61,064 nucleotides of DNA from an uncultured Pseudobdellovibrionaceae bacterium (GTDB lineage: Bacteria; Bdellovibrionota; Bdellovibrionia; Bdellovibrionales; UBA1609): assembly GCA_964636785.1 (NCBI GenBank), contig CAZWVK010000003.1:1-61064 (forward strand), given 5' to 3'. Positions within the stretch are counted from its first letter, which is position 1; each line of letters begins with the position of its first letter. Under the pieces are notes generated by a model. The model was given only the letters and a program-made list of their open reading frames with translations. It was not told where the DNA came from and ran no database searches. The translations under genes were made by a program, and so were the position numbers. This document shows positions 26,293-35,447 of the stretch, piece after piece.

Positions 26293-27092
26293 TGCATAGG
26301 CTTTTAATGAGCCTTTTTGTTTCCTTAAGCGTTACAGGATGCTTTTTATTCTCGAAAGAACCTCTCATAAAAGCAAGAGAGCTGGCCGATCGAGGAAAAA
26401 AAGTAGAAGCCGCCCAGCTCCTTTTTGACAGGATCGCGTTTGAAACAGACGATGAAGCGTCTTTAGAAATGGCTCGATATGGTTCTCAATTGAGTCATAT
26501 TGAGCTAAGAGATTACGAAAAGGCGACGTTCTTTTACCGGCATTTGGCGAATTATGCTAAAAATCCAGAAGAGCAACTTTCAGCATTAAGATATTTGGGA
26601 ATTATTTATTTTGATCATCTCAAAGATTTTGAGATGGCTGTAAGTGTTTTCGAATCGATCCTTCGCTACCCACTCTCAAAAGATGAAGATGCAAAATACC
26701 GATTAATGCTCGGGAAGTCGCACTATAATCTTGCACAGCTCGATCAGGCTGAGGCGGAGCTACAAGCATTTAATGATCTCTCTCCCTCAAAATCTCTTCA
26801 GTACGAGGGAGATGTTTTTGAAACCAATATTTTAGTCTCAAAAAAAGAACATGAAAAAGCGGCCGAAATACTTAAGCGCTTATTGAGAGAACATCCTGAA
26901 AGAGCTCGCTCAGATGGACTCGAAATGAATCTCGTGGCTTGTTATGAAGACATGAAGGATTTCGATGAAGCGATTAAAGCTATGGAAGAAATGAAAAACG
27001 GATATGCCGATCCAGAATTTTTAGAAATGAGAATCAGTCGGCTGAAAGAGCGTAAAAACAATCTGCCAGGAGCAAAGGGGCTTAGAAAATGA
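26292..27092 (+). CDS. TPR-repeat lipoprotein, function unknown
   Basis: 266 aa. Lipobox VTGC with TPR-like helical repeats. The start overlaps the gyrA stop (TAATG) and the stop overlaps the atpZ start (ATGA). Confidence 0.6.
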   Translation: MHRLLMSLFVSLSVTGCFLFSKEPLIKARELADRGKKVEAAQLLFDRIAFETDDEASLEMARYGSQLSHIELRDYEKATFFYRHLANYAKNPEEQLSALRYLGIIYFDHLKDFEMAVSVFESILRYPLSKDEDAKYRLMLGKSHYNLAQLDQAEAELQAFNDLSPSKSLQYEGDVFETNILVSKKEHEKAAEILKRLLREHPERARSDGLEMNLVACYEDMKDFDEAIKAMEEMKNGYADPEFLEMRISRLKERKNNLPGAKGLRK

Positions 27093-27310
27093 GTCCGAGC
27101 CCTAATAATAAAGGCATGGTTTTTATGGGGATGGGCTTTGAGCTTGTGGTGCTAGTCATCGCAGGGGCCTATTTTGGTGATGCGATTGATAAGCACTTCG
27201 GCTGGAAAGGCTATGCTGCTATGACTTTTATTCTTTTGTTTTTGGCGAGCTGGTTTTATCACTTGCTGATTTTATTAAAGAAGGTCAATCAGGATGAGAA
27301 AAATGAGTAG
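27089..27310 (+). CDS. AtpZ/AtpI-family small membrane protein (putative F0F1 ATPase accessory subunit)
   Basis: 73 aa with two TM helices. The AGAYFGDAIDKHFG pattern is typical of the ATPase_gene1 family. It sits at the head of the atpIBE cluster. Confidence 0.7.
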   Translation: MSPSPNNKGMVFMGMGFELVVLVIAGAYFGDAIDKHFGWKGYAAMTFILLFLASWFYHLLILLKKVNQDEKNE

Positions 27311-27674
27311 AGAATGGCGAGTTGTTCTTATTCATATTGCAATAGTTGTCGTTGGGGCTCTCTTTACAGCCTTTAAATTCGGGAATGCCGAAGCATTAAC
27401 GCTATGCGCCGGAGGCCTAATTTCCCTGCTGACCTTGGTGGGAGTTGTTTGGACCACATCACGGGTCATTGCGAAAAAACCAATTGCCCTTACGGGTTTA
27501 AGCATTGTAATCAAATACGCACTCCTTGGTGGAATTTTGTATTACTTCACCCTAGTTTATGAAATGGACGTTTTATGGCTAGGGTTTGGGGTTGCGCTAA
27601 TTTTGCCAAGTCTAGTCTTGTTCGGATTTCTTTCGGAGAACGGTTTAACGGAACCGGATGACGAAGAAGTTTAG
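27294..27674 (+). CDS. atpI: ATP synthase protein I
   Basis: 126 aa with about 4 TM helices, immediately upstream of atpB. Confidence 0.7.
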   Translation: MRKMSREWRVVLIHIAIVVVGALFTAFKFGNAEALTLCAGGLISLLTLVGVVWTTSRVIAKKPIALTGLSIVIKYALLGGILYYFTLVYEMDVLWLGFGVALILPSLVLFGFLSENGLTEPDDEEV

Positions 27675-27704
27675 ATATTAGCTTGATAGGAGCAATCAAT
27701 CATT

Positions 27705-28406
27705 ATGGCCCATTTTAATTGGCTTCAGCTTTTGCCTTTTGTTGATCATCACTATATCCACGTTTGGACAGCAATCGCCGTTGGACTTCTTTTGATCTTG
27801 ATTTCATTTGCAGGGCGCCTAGCGCTTGGCTCTGGGGAAGCTGCAGTTGCGCCGGCCGGAAAGTTCTCGTTAAAAGGAGTGATTGAAGCTCTTCTTGAGT
27901 TCATCGTTGGTTTATCTGATCTTGTCATTGGCGAGCATGGCCGAAAATTTGTTCCCATGTTTGCTGCGATTTTCTTCTTTATTCTTGTCAACAACCTGAT
28001 TGGTCTCATTCCTGGAATGACACCTGCGACGGACAACTTAAACACCACAATCGGAGTCGGTCTCTTTTCATTCTTCGTTTATAATTTTTACGGAATAAAA
28101 GAAAATGGCCTTACATACCTTAAGCATTTTCTTGGCCCAGTATTGTGGCTCGCACCACTCATGTTAGCAATTGAGGTCGTATCTCACTGTATTCGTCCAC
28201 TCACTCTTGGATTACGTCTTCAGGGAAATATCTTGGCGGATCACACAATCTTAGGTGTGTTCGTAGATCTTTTCTCTGGAGCTTGGTATATTCCTGTTCC
28301 TGCGATTTTCTACGGAATGGGAATCTTTGTATCCGGTATGCAAGCTTTCGTGTTTACAATGTTGTCCATGATCTATATATCAATGGCCATCGCACACGAG
28401 CATTAA
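27705..28406 (+). CDS. atpB: Fo ATP synthase subunit a
   Basis: 233 aa. The conserved Arg context LTLGLRLQGNILADH is present. Confidence 0.95.
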   Translation: MAHFNWLQLLPFVDHHYIHVWTAIAVGLLLILISFAGRLALGSGEAAVAPAGKFSLKGVIEALLEFIVGLSDLVIGEHGRKFVPMFAAIFFFILVNNLIGLIPGMTPATDNLNTTIGVGLFSFFVYNFYGIKENGLTYLKHFLGPVLWLAPLMLAIEVVSHCIRPLTLGLRLQGNILADHTILGVFVDLFSGAWYIPVPAIFYGMGIFVSGMQAFVFTMLSMIYISMAIAHEH

Positions 28407-28432
28407 GAACACATCAATAACGAGGAGAGAAA

Positions 28433-28753
28433 ATGAAAAACACACTAATTGCGATGATCGCAGGATTGTTCTCAGCCACTGCAATGGCCCAAGAAGCTGC
28501 TGAAACTGTAACTACTGCGGCAGCATCTAATACTGGTTGGTACGCAATCGGTGCAGCTATTGTTCTTGGCCTAGCGGCTTTCGGTGGAACAACTAGCCAA
28601 GGTAAAGTTGGAGCAGCAGCAATGGAAGGGATCGCAAGAAACCCTCAAGCAGCTAAAGCTCTAAACACTCCAATGATTCTAACTTTGGCTCTTATTGAGT
28701 CTCTAGTTATTCTTTCGTTCCTTATCGCATTCATGATTCAAAACAAGTTCTAA
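28433..28753 (+). CDS. atpE: Fo ATP synthase subunit c with an N-terminal signal-peptide-like extension
   Basis: 106 aa. It forms a hairpin of two TM helices with loop ARNPQ and the carboxylate in LALIESLVI. The N-terminal sequence [21 protein letters not shown] is extra. Confidence 0.9.
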   Translation: MKNTLIAMIAGLFSATAMAQEAAETVTTAAASNTGWYAIGAAIVLGLAAFGGTTSQGKVGAAAMEGIARNPQAAKALNTPMILTLALIESLVILSFLIAFMIQNKF

Positions 28754-28783
28754 TCTAAAGATTAGGAATGAATAAAGAAACCG

Positions 28784-28815
28784 GGCTAGCTGTTTTCCAG
28801 CTAGCCTTTTCTTTT
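28784..28815. terminator. Bidirectional intrinsic terminator between atpE and the PMM gene
   Basis: Perfect 9-bp stem GGCTAGCTG/CAGCTAGCC with a 5-nt loop, followed by TTTTCTTTT. An A-rich run precedes it, so it should also work on the minus strand. Confidence 0.8.
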
Positions 28816-28834
28816 ATGGATTATATCCGATTGT

Positions 28835-30205
28835 TTATAGAAGAGGTTTAATAATCTCATCGAACTGAGAGCGCATCCGAGCCAATCCCGCCTCAGTGTC
28901 TGATTCAAACCGTAGGACTAAAACAGGCTGTGTATTGGAAGCGCGAGCCAGAGCCCATCCATCTTTATAGCTTACTCGTATTCCATCAATGAGGTTGATG
29001 GAGTAATCCTCACTTGGTGAGCTGAACGCGGACTTTAGTGCTTCAACAATAGAATGTTTCTTTTCCTCTGTCGTATCGATGCGAATCTCAGGAGTATTAA
29101 ATGCCGGCGGAAACCCAGTTAGTAATTCTCTAATGGTCTTTCCAGAGTGCCCTAATACCTCAATCAATCTCAAGCCCGCATAAATCGCGTCGTCGTATCC
29201 AAAATTTCTATCATTAAAAAAGATATGCCCGCTCAACTCTCCACCAAAAGGAGCTTTTTCTACTTTGATCTTCTCTTTAATCAGCGAGTGACCGGTCTTC
29301 CACATAATTGGCTCACCACCAACTTGCTTAATGTAATTGTACATACGATCGGAACACTTCACGTCTCCGACAATTTTTGTGTTGTCTAAATTTTCAATCA
29401 CAAATGGAGTCATGAGCGAAATAAACTCATCTCCCCAGATGACTTCACCCTGATCATCAACAATTCCAATTCGGTCTGCATCGCCATCGAAACCAATTCC
29501 AACTTTTGCACCGACTTCCAATACTTTCTTTTTAAGATCGACCAGGTTCGATTCCACAGTCGGATCTGGATGATGATTCGGAAAGCGCCCATCTGGCTCT
29601 TCAAAAAGAATGGTTGGTTTTAATCCACAAGCCTCATAAAGGCGTCGAACAATAGAACCCGCAGCTCCATTGCCACAATCCACAACCACAGGGATGTTTT
29701 TTAGACCGCTAAATTCAAGCTTATGCTTTTCAATATATGGAAGAAAAATATCATATTTTTCAGAAGAGCCTTTTCCCTCTAGAAAATCTTTATTCTGAAT
29801 AATTTTGTGAAGGGTCTGGATATCCTCGCCAAATATCGTTCCCTTTCCAACCGAGATCTTGAAGCCATTGTATTCGGGAGGATTGTGCGATCCCGTAACC
29901 ATTATCGCGCCATTCAAATCCGGAATATGAAATGTCGAAAAATAACTTATTGGGGAAGTGATCAGACCCAGCTCAAAAACTTTAACCCCACTATCAACGA
30001 ATCCCCTTACGACCGCCTCAGCGATCGTGGGTGAAGAAATTCTCGCATCATATCCTACACTGACGGACAGATCCTGATTTGGAAATCGATTGGAAATAAA
30101 TTTGGCATGAGCTTTCGCTAAAAAATATGCAAATTCAGAGTCGAAATCTTGATCGTAAATTCCGCGCACATCATACTCACGAAAAATCACTGCATTCATT
30201 TTCAT
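28835..30205 (-). CDS. Phosphomannomutase/phosphoglucomutase (alpha-D-phosphohexomutase)
   Basis: 456 aa. The active-site sequence TGSHNPPEYNGFK and the metal loop GFDGDADR are present. Confidence 0.9.
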   Translation of the reverse strand: MKMNAVIFREYDVRGIYDQDFDSEFAYFLAKAHAKFISNRFPNQDLSVSVGYDARISSPTIAEAVVRGFVDSGVKVFELGLITSPISYFSTFHIPDLNGAIMVTGSHNPPEYNGFKISVGKGTIFGEDIQTLHKIIQNKDFLEGKGSSEKYDIFLPYIEKHKLEFSGLKNIPVVVDCGNGAAGSIVRRLYEACGLKPTILFEEPDGRFPNHHPDPTVESNLVDLKKKVLEVGAKVGIGFDGDADRIGIVDDQGEVIWGDEFISLMTPFVIENLDNTKIVGDVKCSDRMYNYIKQVGGEPIMWKTGHSLIKEKIKVEKAPFGGELSGHIFFNDRNFGYDDAIYAGLRLIEVLGHSGKTIRELLTGFPPAFNTPEIRIDTTEEKKHSIVEALKSAFSSPSEDYSINLIDGIRVSYKDGWALARASNTQPVLVLRFESDTEAGLARMRSQFDEIIKPLL

Positions 30206-30206
30206 A

Positions 30207-31100
30207 CTATTTACCTACCAATTTTATAGCCGTTAAAATCGCATCTCGCATTGAACCTGGATCAGCCATATTCTTTCCAAACAAATCTTTGCCGGTCCCG
30301 TGGTCTACACTGGTTCTTACAAAAGGCAAGCCAGCTGTCAAATGAACCCCCTCTCCAAACCCGTGAAGAGTTTTAAAGGGGATCAAACCCTGATCATGAT
30401 AAAGAGCTATATAAAGGCCGATTTTTTTCCTCATCTTTTCACTGAACGCGGAATCCGCAGGAAGTGGACCCAAAATACGACGCGAGCCCTTTAAAGACTT
30501 TAAAAGACGATCATGCCGTTGATCCTGATTCCCAATCAATCCTTCCTCTCCACCATGAGGATCAAGAGCCAATAATCCGAGTTTCCCTTGGATCCTTAAT
30601 TTTTGAGATAGAGAAAGCGATGTTCGAATCGCCTTCTTTAGTCGCTGTCCTTTAAGCAGGCTATGAGCAACAGATTCCAGCGGTATATGGTCGGTCGCAA
30701 GTAGCACATTCATTTTCGATCCGAGGTAAACCTGAAATAGATCTTTTGATCGGCTCAGCTTCCCCAGCAATTCCGTATGTCCAATGGCATGAAAGCCGGC
30801 ACCTTGAATTCCAGTTTTTGAGAGTGGACCCGTGACAAGTGCTTCCGACCGTGAATTTTTTAAACATTTTCTGGCACAAAGGTCGACCCATTTTGCAGGA
30901 GCCTCTTTGCTTTCAAAGATTTCTAGATTTGTGCTCAATGAAAAGTCTTTTAAAAGTGGGCGCCATTTGCGAAGGTCATTGGGGTGCGCGGCAAGGATAA
31001 ACTTTACTCCACGCTTTACGCCAATGGAGTTTAAGGCTTTAACCGCAACCTCTAAACCAATTCCGTCTCGATCTCCAGTCGTTATGTATATCGATTTCAC
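30207..31100 (-). CDS. pdxA: 4-hydroxythreonine-4-phosphate dehydrogenase PdxA
   Basis: 297 aa with a GTG start. PdxA-like motifs GHTELL and RTSVDHGTG are present. Synteny with the upstream surA-like gene matches E. coli surA-pdxA. Confidence 0.88.
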   Translation of the reverse strand: MKSIYITTGDRDGIGLEVAVKALNSIGVKRGVKFILAAHPNDLRKWRPLLKDFSLSTNLEIFESKEAPAKWVDLCARKCLKNSRSEALVTGPLSKTGIQGAGFHAIGHTELLGKLSRSKDLFQVYLGSKMNVLLATDHIPLESVAHSLLKGQRLKKAIRTSLSLSQKLRIQGKLGLLALDPHGGEEGLIGNQDQRHDRLLKSLKGSRRILGPLPADSAFSEKMRKKIGLYIALYHDQGLIPFKTLHGFGEGVHLTAGLPFVRTSVDHGTGKDLFGKNMADPGSMRDAILTAIKLVGK

Positions 31101-32047
31101 TTGTTAATTCTAATAAATGCTTCGGATCGCTTTTGGTCAAGCCAGGCCCGAAGCTGACGGGTGAATGCTTTCTGGTGGAGAACGTTCAAAATCTGCTCTC
31201 TATTTTCCTCAAGCTCGGGATCTGAAACAAGTGTTCGCTTTAGAATTTTAAAAATGTGAAAGCCTCGGTCGGTTTGTACAATATTTGTTAATCCGTCCTT
31301 TGAAGCTGAAGCAACAGCTTTTCTAAGATCCGGAGAAAGTTCTTTCGAATTGAACGTTCCAATGACTCCACCTTTTGTAAAGCCCGGGTCCTCGCTCACC
31401 TGCTCAGCCAGCTTATCAAAGCTTTGTCCGCTTTTAAGTTTCTTCAAAGCCTCTTGAGCTCTCTTCTGTGCGGCCTCAGGGCCACCGCTTCGCGGGGAGA
31501 ATAGAATATGTGCTAAAGTGTATTCATAAACCTGTGCTTTTCCAGGGCCCTTTTTTGAGAGATAATAAGCAGCAACATCCTCATCTGAAATTCGGATTCG
31601 TGAGTTCACTTCACGATCAACCAGAGCCTTGCGTTCAAGGCCCTTTTTTATAAAATGTTGATACTCAGCCATTCCAATGCCCTGACGACTAAGGGCATCT
31701 TTGAACTGAGCACGGGTTAAATTGTTTTCTCTGGCGACTCTTTGAATCTCCTGCTCGACTCGCTCAATAGTGACTTCCAAGCCTTTTTTCTTAACTTCGC
31801 TATCGATTGTTTTCTCATCAATTAAAAAATTAAGTAGGGATTCACGATCCGTTAAAAGCTTTTGACGATCATAGAGTTGAAACAGCAGATCATTGACCAG
31901 TCCTTTTCCCGCGAGCGAAGATTTTTCTTTCTCAATGTCGGAGAGAGTAAGAACTTCGGAATTAACGGTTGCAACAATTTTGTCTATCAGCTCGGCGTGG
32001 GCTGATAACGTCAGTGTAGAAAATAAGAGAGCGGCAAAAAACCTCAA
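31097..32047 (-). CDS. surA: SurA-like periplasmic chaperone / parvulin PPIase
   Basis: 316 aa. Signal peptide, SurA_N-like N-terminal domain and a parvulin core with GFHIFK. Confidence 0.8.
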   Translation of the reverse strand: MRFFAALLFSTLTLSAHAELIDKIVATVNSEVLTLSDIEKEKSSLAGKGLVNDLLFQLYDRQKLLTDRESLLNFLIDEKTIDSEVKKKGLEVTIERVEQEIQRVARENNLTRAQFKDALSRQGIGMAEYQHFIKKGLERKALVDREVNSRIRISDEDVAAYYLSKKGPGKAQVYEYTLAHILFSPRSGGPEAAQKRAQEALKKLKSGQSFDKLAEQVSEDPGFTKGGVIGTFNSKELSPDLRKAVASASKDGLTNIVQTDRGFHIFKILKRTLVSDPELEENREQILNVLHQKAFTRQLRAWLDQKRSEAFIRINK

Positions 32048-32998
32048 TCAAAACTCCTTTGTTTCAATTCGAAGATTACTGATCAAATCAGTATTCTTGT
32101 AAATGCGAGCCATTCTAATTTGCTCGTCCATCCACCGGGAGTACGCGTCTTGCTGCTTTCTCTCCATAATGCTCTTAACGATTTCGTCTCGAACTTCTTT
32201 AAGCGGCTCTCCCCGAGCGTACTTTTTACCAAGAAGTTCGAAAATATGAAACCCAAACTCACTTTTAATGACCGGACTCCTCCGCCCTATAGGCATTTTA
32301 AACGCAGTAGAAAAAATGGGGGACTCTCCCTTTTCAATCCAGAAGACCTCTGGCTTAAGGGCCTCACCCTCTGCTTTTGAGTTCAGGATTCTAGCCAGTT
32401 TTTCAATAGAGCTGCCTTTTTTTAGCTCTGTTTCAATGAGCTTGGCATCGCGCTGAAGCGGAAGGAGGATGTGTCTGATCTGAACCTGCTCCTTCTTTGC
32501 GAATCGTTCCTTGTTTTTATTATAATACTCCTGAATCTCAGAATTGCTTGGAGCTTCTAAATCTTTACTCAAATCCTCAATAACGAGCTTTTGAGTCATC
32601 GTTTGATCGATTCGCGATCGCCATTGTTTGAAAGTGAGACCTTGGGATGCAAGAGCAGATTTAAAAGAGAGCTCGTCGGGATAAGAGCCTCGAACCCTTT
32701 CGATTTCTTTCTGTAGATCTTCGGCTTTAACCAGAAGTCCTTTCTTTCGTGCCCACTGTGCGCTTAAGGAATGAATGATGAAGTCGTTTGCGATGTCTTC
32801 TTTTGTCTGCGCCAGATGGTTTGGATCCTTAACCATCAAAGCATCCTCATTACGTAAACGGAAAACGAGTTCCTTTGAGAAGTCCTCTGCCGTCCACCGA
32901 TCACCGTTTATGTCTAAAACGATTTTATTTCCCAGATCTTCTCTCGAGGTGCATCCCGCAAGAGTCAGGAAAAATAAAACCAGAGCAAGTTTTTTCAT
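32048..32998 (-). CDS. Parvulin-type peptidyl-prolyl isomerase lipoprotein (SurA/PrsA family)
   Basis: 316 aa. Lipobox LAGC and a parvulin core with GFHIFEL. Confidence 0.75.
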   Translation of the reverse strand: MKKLALVLFFLTLAGCTSREDLGNKIVLDINGDRWTAEDFSKELVFRLRNEDALMVKDPNHLAQTKEDIANDFIIHSLSAQWARKKGLLVKAEDLQKEIERVRGSYPDELSFKSALASQGLTFKQWRSRIDQTMTQKLVIEDLSKDLEAPSNSEIQEYYNKNKERFAKKEQVQIRHILLPLQRDAKLIETELKKGSSIEKLARILNSKAEGEALKPEVFWIEKGESPIFSTAFKMPIGRRSPVIKSEFGFHIFELLGKKYARGEPLKEVRDEIVKSIMERKQQDAYSRWMDEQIRMARIYKNTDLISNLRIETKEF

Positions 32999-33000
32999 TC

Positions 33001-33813
33001 TTACTTAATTTGTTTTATGGCCGCTTCATTCACTGAAACTGGATATTTCTTCTGAATGGAATTGAAGTAATTGTCAAAGATCTGATTTCGCTTAAGATCC
33101 AAAACCGCATTTCGGATTTGGGATTTATCGGCTTCATCATAACTTCGAACATCCGTCAGCTTTATAATATGAAATCCATATCGAGTTTGAACAGGTTGAG
33201 AAACGGCGCCTTTTTTAAGTTTAAGAGCACCTTCATAATATTCAGGAACCAAGGTCACACGGCTTTGAAACCCAATATCCCCACCAACAGATTTAGAAGG
33301 AATATCATCAGAATAAAGCTTTACAAATTCTTCGAATTTTCTTTTTCCACTCCGCACCTCGTTTGCGATCTCCTGTGTGCGCTTCTTTGCAGCAGCAATC
33401 ACAGAAGAGTTTGCATCAGGTTTTACGGAGATCAGAATATGACTTGTCTTAACTTCTGGGTTTTTGCGGTAATAGGATTTCATTTCAGATTCTTTGACGT
33501 TGATATTCTGGATTCTTTGGCCAACTTGTTTTTCTAAAAGAGCGTTGTAAAGAACTTGTTCCATGGCCTGAATCACTTCAGGAGTTTTTTGCAAGTTTTG
33601 CGTATAGGCTTCTTTCACTCCCATTTCAAATTTGATCCAGTCTCTAAGAAACTGCTCCTTGGAGGGAGGATTGACGGCATTCTTTTGTACTAAGTCATAG
33701 CGTTCTTGAAACTCTTTGACTGATATTTTCTTGTCTCCAACCGAAAAAGCAGTTTGAGCAAAAGCAGAAGTTGAAAATAGGGCGACTGAAATTAAAAAGC
33801 AGATTGTTTTCAT
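33001..33813 (-). CDS. Parvulin-type peptidyl-prolyl isomerase (SurA/PrsA family), secreted
   Basis: 270 aa. Signal peptide ..STSAFA/QT and a parvulin core with GFHIIKL. Confidence 0.75.
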   Translation of the reverse strand: MKTICFLISVALFSTSAFAQTAFSVGDKKISVKEFQERYDLVQKNAVNPPSKEQFLRDWIKFEMGVKEAYTQNLQKTPEVIQAMEQVLYNALLEKQVGQRIQNINVKESEMKSYYRKNPEVKTSHILISVKPDANSSVIAAAKKRTQEIANEVRSGKRKFEEFVKLYSDDIPSKSVGGDIGFQSRVTLVPEYYEGALKLKKGAVSQPVQTRYGFHIIKLTDVRSYDEADKSQIRNAVLDLKRNQIFDNYFNSIQKKYPVSVNEAAIKQIK

Positions 33814-33837
33814 AAATTTAAGGCTAACCTGATTGAC

Positions 33838-34464
33838 CTATGGACGCAAAAAATTTGAAGCCTCTTCACAGGCATTAGCAATGGCGTTAGCAAGCTGTTC
33901 AGAGTTTTTAGGGTCTTTAATATTTTCAAAGTTCAGGTCTAAAGGCTTGGAAAAATAGATTTCAATGCGAGAAAACGGTTTGGGTAGCCTTGCCTTATTC
34001 CACGCTTTCTCAAAAACAAAAAATGAACTACTGGCAATTCCAACCGGGACAATAGTCGCGTTGGTAAGTTTTGCCAGTTCAAAAACACCTGGTTTGACCT
34101 GATAGATCGGTCCTTTTGGCCCATCCACTGCCATTGAAGAGTTAAAACCACCTTTTACGAGACGAATTAAACCTTTCAATGCGCTCACTGCTCCACGAGT
34201 GGAGGATCCTTTGGAAGTTTCTCCGCCAAACTTGCGAATGACAAAATCAATAAGCTGACCATCCTTGCTTGTAGATGTCATTGTTGCAATTCGAAGTCGC
34301 TTCACCATTGGCAATACGCAAAGTTCATCACGGTGCCAGTGAGCAAAGATAAGCGCCTGATTGGAAATTGCTGGATCTTCCCAACGTAAAGAGTATCGCC
34401 AGGTGGATGACCACAGAAAGTAAATCCACCAAGCAAGCCTTGGAAGAATTAGACGACGAAAAAT
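33838..34464 (-). CDS. DUF374-family protein (lysophospholipid-acyltransferase-like), probably starting at a non-canonical ATT
   Basis: The ORF-track product (from TTG 34314) lacks the N-terminal TM segment and the conserved AHWHRDEL (FWH-type) block. Both are encoded in frame upstream with no intervening stop. There is no ATG, GTG or TTG back to the etfA stop. The ATT at 34464-34462 lies 5 nt after AAGGGG. Confidence 0.7.
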   Translation of the reverse strand: MFRRLILPRLAWWIYFLWSSTWRYSLRWEDPAISNQALIFAHWHRDELCVLPMVKRLRIATMTSTSKDGQLIDFVIRKFGGETSKGSSTRGAVSALKGLIRLVKGGFNSSMAVDGPKGPIYQVKPGVFELAKLTNATIVPVGIASSSFFVFEKAWNKARLPKPFSRIEIYFSKPLDLNFENIKDPKNSEQLANAIANACEEASNFLRP

Positions 34465-34473
34465 AAAATCCCC

Positions 34474-35436
34474 TTAACTGAGAGCCTTTTTAAACTCTTC
34501 ATTCAAATGAGGTATGATTTCAAACACATCCCCAACCAAACCGTAAGAAGCCTTTTGGAAAATAGGTGCATCGGCATCTTTATTGATTGCAACAATCACC
34601 TTGCTGCCACTCATTCCCGCCATATGTTGGATCGCTCCGGAAATTCCGCAGGCAATATAAAGACTTGGTGAAACCGTCTTTCCAGTCTGACCAACCTGCA
34701 TTCCATGAGGAACCCAGCCGGCATCTACAACGGCTCTGGAAGCACCGACAGTGGCTCCGAGCGTGGAAGCCAATTCTTCAAGAACTTGAAAGTTCTTTGC
34801 CTCACCAAGACCGCGCCCACCAGAAATAATAATATTCGCTTCCGTCAAATCGGGCTTGTTCGACTCTCCCTGGATCTTCTTTTCAAGTTGAATCGATGTG
34901 GGTGCTTCAGCCATACTAACGGTTTTGATCTCAGCTGTTGCTGATTCATCCGGAGAGTTTACTGGCAGCTGATTGGAGCGCATAAGCACAATGCTAAGAG
35001 AGTCATCAAGAAATTCGACATCCGCCGTACACTTCCCAGCATAAAGTGGTTTGGTCGCAATCACTTTCTCACCTTCGAGTTTCAGCTGAATGCAGTCGCT
35101 TGCAATCCCAGAATTCAATTCTGCGGCAAGCCTTGGAAAAACATCTTTAGCGAGCATCGATCCATTGGCTAAAACGATTTTAGCCCCGCTCGATTGAATC
35201 ATTTCTTTTAGTACATTGATGAGAGCCAAAGGGTTCATACCATCTGAGGCAGACTCACTTGTGAAAACTGTTTTAGCACCATAATTTCCAGCGAGCTTCG
35301 CAGCATCTCCTAAAGAAGATCCAACCAATCCGGCATTGATTTCGAGACTATTGTTTTTTGCCCAGCTTAAGAGTTCTATTCCGCCCTTTTTGAGCTTTCC
35401 ATCTTGAGCTTCTAAAAAGATAAATACTTTGCTCAC
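34474..35436 (-). CDS. etfA: Electron transfer flavoprotein alpha subunit
   Basis: 320 aa. The FAD-binding signature [15 protein letters not shown] is present. Confidence 0.95.
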   Translation of the reverse strand: MSKVFIFLEAQDGKLKKGGIELLSWAKNNSLEINAGLVGSSLGDAAKLAGNYGAKTVFTSESASDGMNPLALINVLKEMIQSSGAKIVLANGSMLAKDVFPRLAAELNSGIASDCIQLKLEGEKVIATKPLYAGKCTADVEFLDDSLSIVLMRSNQLPVNSPDESATAEIKTVSMAEAPTSIQLEKKIQGESNKPDLTEANIIISGGRGLGEAKNFQVLEELASTLGATVGASRAVVDAGWVPHGMQVGQTGKTVSPSLYIACGISGAIQHMAGMSGSKVIVAINKDADAPIFQKASYGLVGDVFEIIPHLNEEFKKALS

Positions 35437-35447
35437 AGCTTTCTCCC

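Noticed and set aside
32036-32221. When I hand-counted the printed sequence around the A-run at about 32036-32041, and again near 32220, my reading was 1 nt out of register with the ORF track.
   Set aside because: The ORF track shows both flanking parvulin genes intact and in frame. I treat this as my own counting error at line boundaries, not a frameshift. It is the reason I flag a 1-2 nt uncertainty on hand-derived motif coordinates.
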